From: Lactococcus garvieae
GTDB lineage: Bacteria > Bacillota > Bacilli > Lactobacillales > Streptococcaceae
Assembly: GCF_016027715.1 (NCBI RefSeq)
Contig: NZ_CP065691.1
Location: 753,954-777,953 of the forward strand
Reading direction: 5' to 3'
DNA length: 24,000 nucleotides
Shown piece by piece: positions 1-9,135 of this stretch (positions within the stretch are counted from its first letter, which is position 1; every line of letters starts with the position of its first letter). Both the position numbers and the translations under genes were made by a program. The notes beneath the pieces were generated by a model. That model worked only from the letters and a program-made list of their open reading frames with translations, searched no databases and was not told the origin of the DNA.

Positions 1-1060
1 ACGGTATTCCCAAAAGGACGCCCCATAGACCAAAAACTTTTCCCGCAGTTAAAAGAACAAAAAGTACTGTGATAGGATGAATGCTTAATTGTTTACCTAA
101 AACCAATGGAGAAACAAAGCGACCTTCAAGCGTTTGCTCAATGATGTAGACAATCAAGACTTTAAGTAGCATTACAGGACCACCTGTCGCAAGACCAATA
201 ATCATTGCTGGGATAATGGCTAAATAGAAACCGAGGAACGGAATCAAGTTAAAGAATCCTGACAAAATCGCAAGGGTAATTCCGTAGCGCAAGCCAATGA
301 TAGGAAGCCCAATCGCAAGCATCAAAGCTACGGCAATCGCAACAATAACTTGACCACGAACGTAGTTTGCCAGTTGTGAATTCATCTCAGTCAAGATTTT
401 TGAAGTATCTTTACGCCAGTTCACGGGTAAAAGATGAGTGATATATCCGTTCAAGTTTTTTCCATCTCGTAAAAGGTAGAAAAGAACAAAGGGGAAAATA
501 ATAAGAGAGATAAAGACACTGGCAGTTCGTGTGATAACGTCTGTAATGGAGCTAAAAGCAGCTGTTGAAAAGTTTTTCGACCAATCTACAATATTGTTGC
601 CAAGAGAATCCATAAAGTCATCCATCTGTGGACGGAATTGTTCAAAATGACGGTTTGTCAATAATTGATTGACTTCCTCTTGAATCTGGTCCACATAGTT
701 GGGAACATGCTTAGAAAAAGTAGCCACACTATTTGATACTGAGGGAATAGCGTAAGCTAAGCCCCATACAAGCAAGCCAGCTATCAACACGAAGATAACG
801 ATAATACTCGCAATACGTGGTACGCGTTTTTTTTCTAAATAATCAACAATGGGATTAAGCAAATAATAAAATACGGCTGCCAAAACAATGGGTAATGAAA
901 CAATAGTTAAGAAATCAGCAATCGGTGCAAAAATGAAGTTCACCTTGCTCAGTAGTAGAATATTCAGCAACAAAAGTAAGACTACTAGGAGTGCCGTTAC
1001 TACTTTATTATTAATAACCCATTTGAAAAAAACAGAGGCTCTAAAATTTTGTTTTTCCAT
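1..1060 (-). CDS. AI-2E family transporter (PerM/UPF0118-type permease); C-terminal end cut by the window edge
   Basis: Absent from the ORF track because it runs off the left edge. Hand translation from ATG 1060..1058 gives MEKQNFRASVFFKWVINNKVV...FYLLRDGKNL...ANYVRGQVIVAI...FFNLIPFLGFYLAIIP...IEQTLEGRFVSPLVLGKQLSIHP. It is multi-pass hydrophobic with the typical AI-2E pattern. SD AAGGGA lies about 8 nt upstream. Confidence 0.8.
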   Translation of the reverse strand, partial: MEKQNFRASVFFKWVINNKVVTALLVVLLLLLNILLLSKVNFIFAPIADFLTIVSLPIVLAAVFYYLLNPIVDYLEKKRVPRIASIIVIFVLIAGLLVWGLAYAIPSVSNSVATFSKHVPNYVDQIQEEVNQLLTNRHFEQFRPQMDDFMDSLGNNIVDWSKNFSTAAFSSITDVITRTASVFISLIIFPFVLFYLLRDGKNLNGYITHLLPVNWRKDTSKILTEMNSQLANYVRGQVIVAIAVALMLAIGLPIIGLRYGITLAILSGFFNLIPFLGFYLAIIPAMIIGLATGGPVMLLKVLIVYIIEQTLEGRFVSPLVLGKQLSIHPITVLFVLLTAGKVFGLWGVLLGIP

Positions 1061-1160
1061 AGGAATTTTCCCTTCTTATATGTAAAGTACTTTCTAAATT
1101 ATAACATAATCTTGATTATATTGGGCTGGAAGGCGTTTGTTTTACATAATATTATTTATG

Positions 1161-1189
1161 CAAAAAAAGCTGGATTTACAGCTTTTTTA
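1161..1189 (-). terminator. Rho-independent terminator overlapping the methyltransferase stop codon
   Basis: Minus strand reads AAAAAAGCTG-TAAATC-CAGCTTTTTTTG, a perfect stem followed by a T-run. The A-run on the other side makes it potentially bidirectional. Confidence 0.65.
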
Positions 1190-1793
1190 GTTCGTAGTAT
1201 TGTATTTGGAAAAATATTTTCCGTTTAACGATTTGCCAACCTTGTTTTTTGAAAAGATGGTGTAACTCTTTTAGCTGATAAACCTTAACATCTCCTTCTC
1301 TCGAAAAACGATTAAGCCGCCAATTATAGAGCTTCGTCACTACAGGGATATGTATTTCCGCAATGATTAAACGACCCTCTGGTTTTAACAAACGACCAGC
1401 CTCACTAAGAAAGCGGTTGGGATGAGGGAAATGGTGAAAACTTGCAGAACAGATAATAACATCAAAGTTATGATCAGAAAATGGGACATTTTCGGCACTG
1501 CCTTGTTTGAACTCAAACTCAGGGTGACGTTGACGAGCGATTTTCACCATTTCTGATGAAATATCTAAGCCTGCACCAACTATCTTTTTCTCCTTGCTCA
1601 GCATTGCTAAGAGCGTGCCATTAGCACAACCCATATCGAGGATGTTAGCATTTTCTTGAAACTCTAAATGTTTAACAATGAACTTCTTGAAAAAGGAAGC
1701 CAGAAAACCATCGAAAGAATGATCAAAATGTTGGGCGATATTGTCATAGAATTTTTCTGATTCTTGTTCGTAGTTGTGGTGTTTGTGTGGCAT
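1176..1793 (-). CDS. Class I SAM-dependent methyltransferase, substrate unknown
   Basis: 205-aa ORF with SAM motif I (ILDMGCANGTL) and a downstream acidic loop (GAGLDIS). It sits 10 nt downstream of the rRNA methyltransferase gene, so is probably co-transcribed. Confidence 0.8.
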   Translation of the reverse strand: MPHKHHNYEQESEKFYDNIAQHFDHSFDGFLASFFKKFIVKHLEFQENANILDMGCANGTLLAMLSKEKKIVGAGLDISSEMVKIARQRHPEFEFKQGSAENVPFSDHNFDVIICSASFHHFPHPNRFLSEAGRLLKPEGRLIIAEIHIPVVTKLYNWRLNRFSREGDVKVYQLKELHHLFKKQGWQIVKRKIFFQIQYYELKKL

Positions 1794-1802
1794 TTTTAGA
1801 CC

Positions 1803-3155
1803 TTATTTCTTTCTCAACAACCCCACACACTCCACATGCTTCGTCTGCGGAAAGAGGTCAACAGGTTGTACTTTTTCCAAAAGATAGCCTTCTTCTTCGA
1901 AGCGAACGACATCACGCGCAAATGTCGCTGGATTGCAGGAGATATAGACGACAGCTCGTGCTTGTGTTGCTGTAGCAGCTTTGATAAAGCTTTCGTCAAG
2001 TCCCTTGCGTGGTGGGTCCACAAAGATAACGTCAGGTTGGATACCGTCTTGCAACCATTTTGGCATCACTTCTTCTGCGGGCCCGACTTCATAGTGGGCG
2101 TTCTGTATGCCGTTCAGTGCGGCGTTCACTTTAGCATTTTCTACTGCTTCGGGTATGATTTCCATGCCGTAGACCTGGGCAACCTTGTCTGCCATTCCAA
2201 GTCCAATTGTTCCGATACCAGAGTAAGCATCAATCACGACATCTTCGGCTTTCAAATCAGCAAAATCATAAGCTAACTGATAGAGTTTTTCTGCCTGTGC
2301 TGTATTGACTTGATAGAAAGCACGGGCCGAGATTTGGAAATCTTTGCCTAACATGCTGTCCGTAATATAATCTTTACCTGAGAGAAGTTCAAACTTAGAG
2401 CCAAAGATCGCATTTCCAGTAGAGGTATTAACACTAAGCTGAAAAGAAGTCACTTTATCACGATACTCAGCGACCAGTTCTGAAAGTCCCGCAAACTTTT
2501 CTTTAGTAACGACCAAAACAAGCATCATTTGGCCGCTATGATAACCACGGCGAATCACGATGTTGCGCACGATTCCTCGCTTCGTTTTTTCGTCATAAGG
2601 TGGGATATTAAGCGTGATTAAACTTTCCCGTACTTGATTGACAAGGGCGTCAATTTCAGTATTTTGAATATAGAAGTCATGTATTGGAACTAAATCATGT
2701 GAGTTCTTCCGGAAAAAGCCTGTTTCTGTACGGCCATTGACGACACGGACGGGAACCTGAGCTTTGTTTCTATACTGACTTTCTTGTTCTGCACCAAGTG
2801 TCTCCATCACAGGAAAATCAGGTTTGTGTGCCGTTTTACGGAGTACATCAACAACCTGTTTGCGCTTGAAATGGAGCTGCGCTGGATAAGTCATATGCCC
2901 AAAGTCAGCAATCCCTGTACGCAGATAGGTCATATTTACATCCTGCACTCGATCAGGAGACTGACTGATCCATTCTTCGACTTTACCAAAACCGAAGTTC
3001 TTCCCGACCTTCAGAATTTTCATTTTTATTTCTTCATCAGGTAGTGCATTTTCAACAAAAAAAGGGAAGTTATCTTCCTTGATAACTCCTTGTCCTTCAT
3101 GTGTCAAGTCAATCACTTTTCCTTGGATAATTTCATTTTTCTGGAATTTTTTCAT
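1803..3155 (-). CDS. rlmD: 23S rRNA (uracil-C5)-methyltransferase, RumA/RlmD (RlmCD-like) family
   Basis: 450 aa with an N-terminal TRAM-like domain (QGKVIDLTHEGQGV...). C-terminal methyltransferase motifs are DAYSGIGTIGL, DPPRKG and YISCNPAT. No Fe-S cysteine cluster follows the TRAM domain, as in Gram-positive RlmCD-type enzymes. Confidence 0.85.
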   Translation of the reverse strand: MKKFQKNEIIQGKVIDLTHEGQGVIKEDNFPFFVENALPDEEIKMKILKVGKNFGFGKVEEWISQSPDRVQDVNMTYLRTGIADFGHMTYPAQLHFKRKQVVDVLRKTAHKPDFPVMETLGAEQESQYRNKAQVPVRVVNGRTETGFFRKNSHDLVPIHDFYIQNTEIDALVNQVRESLITLNIPPYDEKTKRGIVRNIVIRRGYHSGQMMLVLVVTKEKFAGLSELVAEYRDKVTSFQLSVNTSTGNAIFGSKFELLSGKDYITDSMLGKDFQISARAFYQVNTAQAEKLYQLAYDFADLKAEDVVIDAYSGIGTIGLGMADKVAQVYGMEIIPEAVENAKVNAALNGIQNAHYEVGPAEEVMPKWLQDGIQPDVIFVDPPRKGLDESFIKAATATQARAVVYISCNPATFARDVVRFEEEGYLLEKVQPVDLFPQTKHVECVGLLRKK

Positions 3156-3240
3156 GATTTTATAATATCATACTGTGCCGATAAAGTCTAATTACTTTAT
3201 GTTCTACTCGGAGATCCACACAAAGCCTTTTTGCGCATCA

Positions 3241-3279
3241 AAAAATACAGATAATTCACCGTTTATCTGTATTTCTTTT
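3241..3279 (-). terminator. Rho-independent terminator ending the glycoside operon
   Basis: ATACAGATAA (3245-3254) pairs with TTATCTGTAT (3263-3272) around an 8-nt loop. On the minus strand it is followed by TTTTTTGAT. Confidence 0.7.
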
Positions 3280-3296
3280 ATACTTGCTTATGTTAG

Positions 3297-4148
3297 TTAT
3301 AGGTCTTCTTTTAAAATTCCTAAAGCTGAGCCAATATGCCCGCCTGACACCATCCATTTTTTGGCCGCTTTTTGTAGACTTGTTTCTTCAGGGTAGTTCA
3401 AAATATCAGAAGAAATGCTATTAAAAACCCAAGGCACACCCTCGTCACTGTCCGGATTTGTTTTTACCAAATCATAGTCACTGGCAAATAATCTCAGATT
3501 TGACTTCTCCTTCAACCAATCTTTTAACTTAGGAGAGAGCAGCCATGTGCTAGTTACACAAGGTGCTTGTTCATAACTTGGAAAATGCTTCTTCAAAAAA
3601 TCCTTCGCTTTAAGATAATTTTTTGAAATAATCTCGTGAGACAAGTTAGCATCAGATGGAATATGAATAGAAATATATTTCTTGCCTGCCAATCGTGCTA
3701 TTTTATTTTTATGTGGAGGAGCAACCCTTTCAAACTCTAATTCTTGAATCCTAAATATCAAGCCACTCGTATAGCGCCAAGTCCAAAAACCTCGATTGAA
3801 TTTATAAGTTGAGATTATTTTTCTTGTTTCTTCTAAAAATCTCGTGAAGCACTTCATCGTGTCGATATAAATTTCATAAGATATACCATGTGGTACGTAG
3901 TTTTTGTCCCAGCATAAAAAGGCAGCACATAAGTGATAAGTCAGCTCCATCAGCGTATCATTACTGTACAGTTTTCCTAGTCGCTCTGCCTCTTGTGCAG
4001 CAGCTTTAACATCGAGTAACTTTTGTGCGCTCGTCTTCAAATCTTTGTCACTGATTATGGCGGAATTTTTTAATACAGTATCCTGTACTAAATCAGGAAT
4101 CTCAATATCAGCCATAAATTTTTTCATCGGTATTAGTATTGCTTCCAT
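3297..4148 (-). CDS. Uncharacterised protein, possibly acyltransferase-domain (NAT_N / GNAT_C-like)
   Basis: 283-aa ORF with strong SD GGAGGA upstream of ATG 4148. The pattern ...FNRGFWTWRYTSGLIFRIQELEFERV... resembles my recollection of the NAT_N/GNAT_C acyltransferase family. This is unverified. Confidence 0.45.
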   Translation of the reverse strand: MEAILIPMKKFMADIEIPDLVQDTVLKNSAIISDKDLKTSAQKLLDVKAAAQEAERLGKLYSNDTLMELTYHLCAAFLCWDKNYVPHGISYEIYIDTMKCFTRFLEETRKIISTYKFNRGFWTWRYTSGLIFRIQELEFERVAPPHKNKIARLAGKKYISIHIPSDANLSHEIISKNYLKAKDFLKKHFPSYEQAPCVTSTWLLSPKLKDWLKEKSNLRLFASDYDLVKTNPDSDEGVPWVFNSISSDILNYPEETSLQKAAKKWMVSGGHIGSALGILKEDL

Positions 4149-4185
4149 CTCTTCCTCCCAAAATCGACTAAGATAAAGGCCGCTT

Positions 4186-5892
4186 TTATTTTGAATTGAT
4201 AACTTGTATTAAATCTTCTCGCAATTTGTCATAAGCTTTATAATCCTGTTTAAATACCTGAGGGTTACTATTGTGACTATCAAGCATCCATTCAGCTGGA
4301 TCTTCTATTTCAAGAAAGTCCTTTATGATTTTTGAAACAGCTACTTCATTAATCTTCTCCGCATTTTTGATCAGGCTAAAGTCTTCTATGCCTCTTTGTA
4401 GCTCTTTATAACGTAGAGATAAGAGAATATGCCCTGAATATGAAGGATAGACTAAGCAGAGATCCCCGATAGGTAAAGCTCCTGTATTATATCGGATATC
4501 GTGTCGTGCATTGTCTGGCCAGCAGTTGTAAGCCCAGCGAAGGAGACCATCTGTTTTGAAGTAATGTGCTAAGAGTCCTTGTACACGTGATTCTAGTAAG
4601 GGACTGTGAAGGAAAGTGTTTGGCTTGTCAGGATAGTTACAGATATAGTACTGCGTTTTTCCAGAATGGCTTTGGCTAAGTTCTTTGTAGTTATTACACG
4701 TACAATAGTAGGAAGTCACTGGATAATCTATAACCGGTAGCAAGGCTTCAAGTACTGGTTCTTTATCAAAAACACCTTTTACTTTCAGTGTAGGCTCTAT
4801 TGATTTAAGAATCTCTAAAGAACGTTTGAATGTGTCGATTTCATGAACTTTGGGCTCATCAGAGATGATGCGCACTTTTTCCCAAACTCCTAATGCCTTA
4901 AAATGATTAAAAAGCTGTTTGATATAGTGCTCTAGATCCTTTTTATCTTGGATAAAATCAATGGTTTCTCTGGCTTCATCATAGTAGCGGATGACCAGCT
5001 TTTCTGGATGGTCAAGTTCTTTTACCAAGGGGAAGAATGGTGGTTGCCAAACACCTAATAACCCAAAAATATCGATTTCTTGATCTATGCCTGCGGCGAA
5101 CATACATTCTAAATAACGGTCTAGTATCGAAAAGTCACACTGGATTTCTCCTGCTTCACTTTTCTTAACGCTAATCATTGAGTACTCATAAAGATTGGCT
5201 GGATAGTCTTTGACTATATAGTTAAACCAGCCTTTCCATGGTATTTCACCCGCAATCACTGTGATAACCTTTTGATTAAGGACCGCTAAACTCTCCGCCA
5301 TTTCCCTAATCAAGCGAAAATGTTCATCGCCCCACAAAGGCACTTGATAAGTTCGAGCAAGGTTCGAAGGTTGTTGCCAGATATCGAGATTAAAGTTGTA
5401 TCCTGTATCTTCAGGAAAACTATAATCGCCTACCTTTACTCTTAGCGTTTTAGAAAGTACTTTCTCATCCTTAGCAGTTAAGTCTGAACGATAAAGCGTA
5501 ATTTCGACTGGATAGGTGCCTGCCTGTATCTCAGAAGGCGTCGAAAATTCAAGATATATAGGAGCAAAGCGATCGCCCGAATAAGTTTTAGCTGTCTGTT
5601 CTAATAGTTTGTCTGTGTATTCAATATTTTCATTTCCCATGTAATATTCTTCAAATTGTAACGTCACGGGCAACTCGGATTTGATCTCTATGCGATAAAT
5701 CGGAATCTCAATTTGATCAGGGATGGAAAATTCTTTTCCTAACACAAAATGATTCTCACACCCATCGTGTAATAGTAAATGGCATGCACCAAAGCTATTT
5801 TTATAAACGGGTAATGACTCAAGTTCATCAGGTGTCCCTGAGAACAGACTCGTCGATGCCTTATAACTTTCATGAACTATATAAGCCTTCAT
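4186..5892 (-). CDS. DUF4091-containing glycoside-hydrolase-like protein (GH123-like), cytoplasmic
   Basis: 568 aa with no signal peptide and SD GAGGA upstream. An Asp-Glu pair sits in RIISDEPKV (codons at 4855-4860), where GH123-type enzymes carry a catalytic DE. The C-terminal LLRWAYNCWP region resembles DUF4091. Assignment is from memory. Confidence 0.5.
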   Translation of the reverse strand: MKAYIVHESYKASTSLFSGTPDELESLPVYKNSFGACHLLLHDGCENHFVLGKEFSIPDQIEIPIYRIEIKSELPVTLQFEEYYMGNENIEYTDKLLEQTAKTYSGDRFAPIYLEFSTPSEIQAGTYPVEITLYRSDLTAKDEKVLSKTLRVKVGDYSFPEDTGYNFNLDIWQQPSNLARTYQVPLWGDEHFRLIREMAESLAVLNQKVITVIAGEIPWKGWFNYIVKDYPANLYEYSMISVKKSEAGEIQCDFSILDRYLECMFAAGIDQEIDIFGLLGVWQPPFFPLVKELDHPEKLVIRYYDEARETIDFIQDKKDLEHYIKQLFNHFKALGVWEKVRIISDEPKVHEIDTFKRSLEILKSIEPTLKVKGVFDKEPVLEALLPVIDYPVTSYYCTCNNYKELSQSHSGKTQYYICNYPDKPNTFLHSPLLESRVQGLLAHYFKTDGLLRWAYNCWPDNARHDIRYNTGALPIGDLCLVYPSYSGHILLSLRYKELQRGIEDFSLIKNAEKINEVAVSKIIKDFLEIEDPAEWMLDSHNSNPQVFKQDYKAYDKLREDLIQVINSK

Positions 5893-5904
5893 TTTTTCCT
5901 CTTT

Positions 5905-6870
5905 CTAAGTAATATATTGACTTGGTTTGGTTAGTCGTTCTAAAATTTTCTTGCACTGCTCCTCACCAAATTTTTCAGGAATTAACTCTGAGAGCTGGGA
6001 GAGCGTCAGTTTCTTTACTATCTTTAACTTGCTTCTATCTTTCCAGTGGGGGAAAGCCTGCAGTAAGATGTCTTGATTATTGCTGTCTTCAAGTAAATTC
6101 CCAATAGAATAATCTATTACACTCTCTGGCGCAGGTTTATCCCCTGTGGCTTTCCAGTTTATTTCCATCCATTCGACAGCTTCCGAAAACCAACGTGAAA
6201 ATCGTTTATCTACCATCTTTTCTTGAGCGCCAAACATTTTCGTAGCTAACGATAAACCGTGAAGGCCTTTTTGGAAGATATGTGCCTCAAAAGGAATATC
6301 ATTTTCTTCCAAAGCACGAAGATATAATAAAGAGTTCTCTATAGGTACCACATTGTCCTCAAATGTTGAAAAGAGGAAAGTAGGAGGTGTTTCTCTCGTT
6401 ACACACGTTTCTAAAGAAGGTGCTTCAATCTGCATCACTTGGGCAAAAGATTTCAAAATAGCAGGGTAGCCTAAAATACAGAGACTTGGCTTAACTGGTG
6501 ACAGAGTAGAAAGAGCAGCAGCTAAGTGTCCTCCTGCCGAAAAACCGATAACTGCGATTTTCTTGTCATCAATCATCCATGTTGTCGCTAAATCTTGAAT
6601 TTTTCGTAAGGCTTTTTGTGCATCTTCGAGGGACTTCTCAAAACTTCTTTTATCTCCCACGTGATAGTGTAGTACGCCCGCATGGTAACCCTGAGCAAGA
6701 AAATTCAAGGCGATAGGCTCTCCTTCTCGTTCACTACAAAAAGAATAGCCGCCCCCTGGAATAACTAAAACAAAAGGTCGATTTCCTACACGGGAAAACT
6801 CTTCTTTATCTTCATGTAGATAAACTGTTAAACTTGCTTCATCATCAAAGGTAAAAGTTTTAGTTCTCAT
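5905..6870 (-). CDS. Alpha/beta hydrolase (esterase / deacetylase-like)
   Basis: Oxyanion-type VIPGGGY and nucleophile elbow GFSAGGHLA. The track start at 6873 is GTG; the adjacent ATG at 6870 with AAGGAA upstream is preferred. It overlaps the GH1 stop by 11 nt, suggesting translational coupling. Confidence 0.8.
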   Translation of the reverse strand: MRTKTFTFDDEASLTVYLHEDKEEFSRVGNRPFVLVIPGGGYSFCSEREGEPIALNFLAQGYHAGVLHYHVGDKRSFEKSLEDAQKALRKIQDLATTWMIDDKKIAVIGFSAGGHLAAALSTLSPVKPSLCILGYPAILKSFAQVMQIEAPSLETCVTRETPPTFLFSTFEDNVVPIENSLLYLRALEENDIPFEAHIFQKGLHGLSLATKMFGAQEKMVDKRFSRWFSEAVEWMEINWKATGDKPAPESVIDYSIGNLLEDSNNQDILLQAFPHWKDRSKLKIVKKLTLSQLSELIPEKFGEEQCKKILERLTKPSQYIT

Positions 6871-8233
6871 CACTTTCCTTTATTTCATTTTTAGAAATAA
6901 GCTCTTGATACCAGTAAAAGCTATCTTTTTTGTATCTCGCTAAGTCAAGAAGGTCTTCATCCGTCCGGTTAACATAGACAAAACCATAACGTTTTTTTAT
7001 TCCTTCATGAGTGCTTACCAAATCAATCGCACTCCATGGGCAATAACCAATCACTTCGACACCATCGGCCATCGCTAAGGCCATTTGTTCGATATGCTCC
7101 TTCAAGTAATCAATTCGATACTGATCATGCACAGCGCCATCATCTGTCAAGACATCATTTGCTCCAATACCATTTTCCGTAATTAAGAGTGGCAAATGGT
7201 ATCTTGAATAAATTTCATTCAGAGTAAAGCGGAAACCTTTTGGATCAATGGGCCAGCCGAACTCGGTCATCTGGAGATGAGTATTTTCAACGGATTGGAA
7301 AAAACCAGGGATTCCAAAACCAGACTGCTGATCGATTTTGTTGTCTTTTTCAAAATAGCTTGCAACTGTCATTGTATTATAGTAGTTAAAGGCGATATAG
7401 TCACACGTTCCTTGAGATAAAATCTCCTGATCTTCTTTCGTTACGGTCGGAGCTGCACCGATGCTCTCTAAGATATGCCAAGCATTGTGATTATATCTAC
7501 CAAAAACAGCAACATCTAAGAAAAGCCAGTTTCTTAAAGCACTCATATTTAGAGCAGCCAGCTGATCTTCTGGGCGTTCAGAAGCTGGATAAACACTTGC
7601 AATATTTGGTGCAGGCCCTATCTTCCCTTGATAGTTTCCGTCATGGAACATTTTTGTGACTTTCGCTTGGGCCACTAACATATGATGGTTTTCTTGGAAT
7701 TTTTCCTTCATACTTTTTTGACTCGTGCCAATCACTGAACCTGCGAGCGCCATCACATTTTGCTCGTTAATGGTTTGCCATAAAGGCACATCATCTGCAA
7801 AATGTTCAAAGAGCACCTGACAGTAACGTGTGAATTCTTCGATAGTTTCACGATTTTCCCAGCCCCCTTTTTCTGCAATATAAAGCGGTAAATCAAAATG
7901 GAAAACAGTAACAACCGGTTGTATTTCATTTTCATTGAGCAGATTTATGAGGTTTTTATAAAATTGGATGCCCTCTGGATTAACTTTACCGTCTGGCATG
8001 ACACGACTCCAAGAGATTGAAAACCTATAAGCCTTGAGTCCAAGTTCCTTAAAGAGTGCTACATCTTCTTTATAGTGATGATAGTGATCAGAGGCTACTG
8101 TAAAATCTGTCGTGCCTTCAGGTATCTCTTTTACGTCTTGAACAGAAGGACCTTTTCCCTCTTCATTCCAAGCTCCCTCTACCTGATAAGCGCTTGTAGA
8201 TGCCCCCCATAAAAAATCTTTTTTAAATTTCAT
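6860..8233 (-). CDS. GH1 6-phospho-beta-glucosidase
   Basis: N-terminus is FLWGASTSAYQVEG, acid/base TINEQN, nucleophile ITENGIG. C-terminal DLVSTHEGIKKRYGFVYV matches the Ser/Lys/Tyr phosphate-binding signature of phospho-beta-glycosidases. The track start 8242 is TTG; ATG 8233 (MKFKKDF...) is preferred. Confidence 0.85.
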   Translation of the reverse strand: MKFKKDFLWGASTSAYQVEGAWNEEGKGPSVQDVKEIPEGTTDFTVASDHYHHYKEDVALFKELGLKAYRFSISWSRVMPDGKVNPEGIQFYKNLINLLNENEIQPVVTVFHFDLPLYIAEKGGWENRETIEEFTRYCQVLFEHFADDVPLWQTINEQNVMALAGSVIGTSQKSMKEKFQENHHMLVAQAKVTKMFHDGNYQGKIGPAPNIASVYPASERPEDQLAALNMSALRNWLFLDVAVFGRYNHNAWHILESIGAAPTVTKEDQEILSQGTCDYIAFNYYNTMTVASYFEKDNKIDQQSGFGIPGFFQSVENTHLQMTEFGWPIDPKGFRFTLNEIYSRYHLPLLITENGIGANDVLTDDGAVHDQYRIDYLKEHIEQMALAMADGVEVIGYCPWSAIDLVSTHEGIKKRYGFVYVNRTDEDLLDLARYKKDSFYWYQELISKNEIKESDEN

Positions 8234-8238
8234 TATTC

Positions 8239-9123
8239 TCAATTTCCCTTTCTTGCTGCTCCGATAAGATTAGCATCAGCTTTAAATTTTGCTGCTTCAA
8301 TCACTATTGGTTGTAGTGTTTCCTTGATAATTGGAGCTGTCGTAAACAGTTTTTGATAAGCTTCTTCAATCTTCTCGATAAGAAGAGGCTGCTGACTTAT
8401 GCCACCACCAATCACAATCTTTTCAAGGTCTAAAATCAACTGAAGATTGAAGCAAAGTATAGCAACACCTTCGCAGTAACTTGAAAAAAGTTGTGCTGCT
8501 TCTTTATCTGTGGAACTTTTTAAGGCGCTAAAAACGAGTGGCCCATCATTCTCTACTTGGAGCTGGTTTGCTAACGAACTGATGAGTTTCACAGCTGAAA
8601 GCCCCATACCTACAAAGGAATCTGCTCCGTAAATCGCTCTTTCTCGGATCCAGAAACTTACTTCTCCCGCCTGATTATGGCTGCCTTTATAGAGTTGCTC
8701 ATCGATACAAATTCCTGTTCCCACACCTGTACCTAAGATAATGGCCGCTCCATTTTTAATGCCTTTGAGATTTCCAAAGGCCATTTCTCCTAGAGTTGCT
8801 GCTTTTGCATCATTTTCAACAACCACTTCTAAGTTTTCAAGCCCTTCAATATCAGCTATCAATGCTTTCAAATTTATACCATTCAGGTATGAAACTGCTC
8901 CTCCATAGAAAACAGTACCCGATTCATCAACTGAACCAGGGACTGAAAAAGCTATTTTTGTGAAAGAATTGATTTTTAGATAGTCATTAATTATTTTTTT
9001 TATTTGTTGACAAAATTCCTCTAAATTTTGTGCGGTAGGCAGTTTATCTTTAGTAGTAACTGTTTCATTCTCAACAAATCCTACTTTGATGTGTGTTCCA
9101 CCAATATCAATTCCTAAAATCAT
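8239..9123 (-). CDS. ROK family sugar kinase (glucokinase or beta-glucoside kinase BglK-like)
   Basis: ILGIDIGGTHIKVG ATP-binding motif and ROK-like GTGVGTGICIDEQLYKGSHNQAGEV. No N-terminal HTH, so a kinase rather than a repressor. Tandem ATGs at 9126 and 9123; SD GGGG spacing favours 9123. Confidence 0.8.
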   Translation of the reverse strand: MILGIDIGGTHIKVGFVENETVTTKDKLPTAQNLEEFCQQIKKIINDYLKINSFTKIAFSVPGSVDESGTVFYGGAVSYLNGINLKALIADIEGLENLEVVVENDAKAATLGEMAFGNLKGIKNGAAIILGTGVGTGICIDEQLYKGSHNQAGEVSFWIRERAIYGADSFVGMGLSAVKLISSLANQLQVENDGPLVFSALKSSTDKEAAQLFSSYCEGVAILCFNLQLILDLEKIVIGGGISQQPLLIEKIEEAYQKLFTTAPIIKETLQPIVIEAAKFKADANLIGAARKGN

Positions 9124-9135
9124 CATTTCCCCTTT

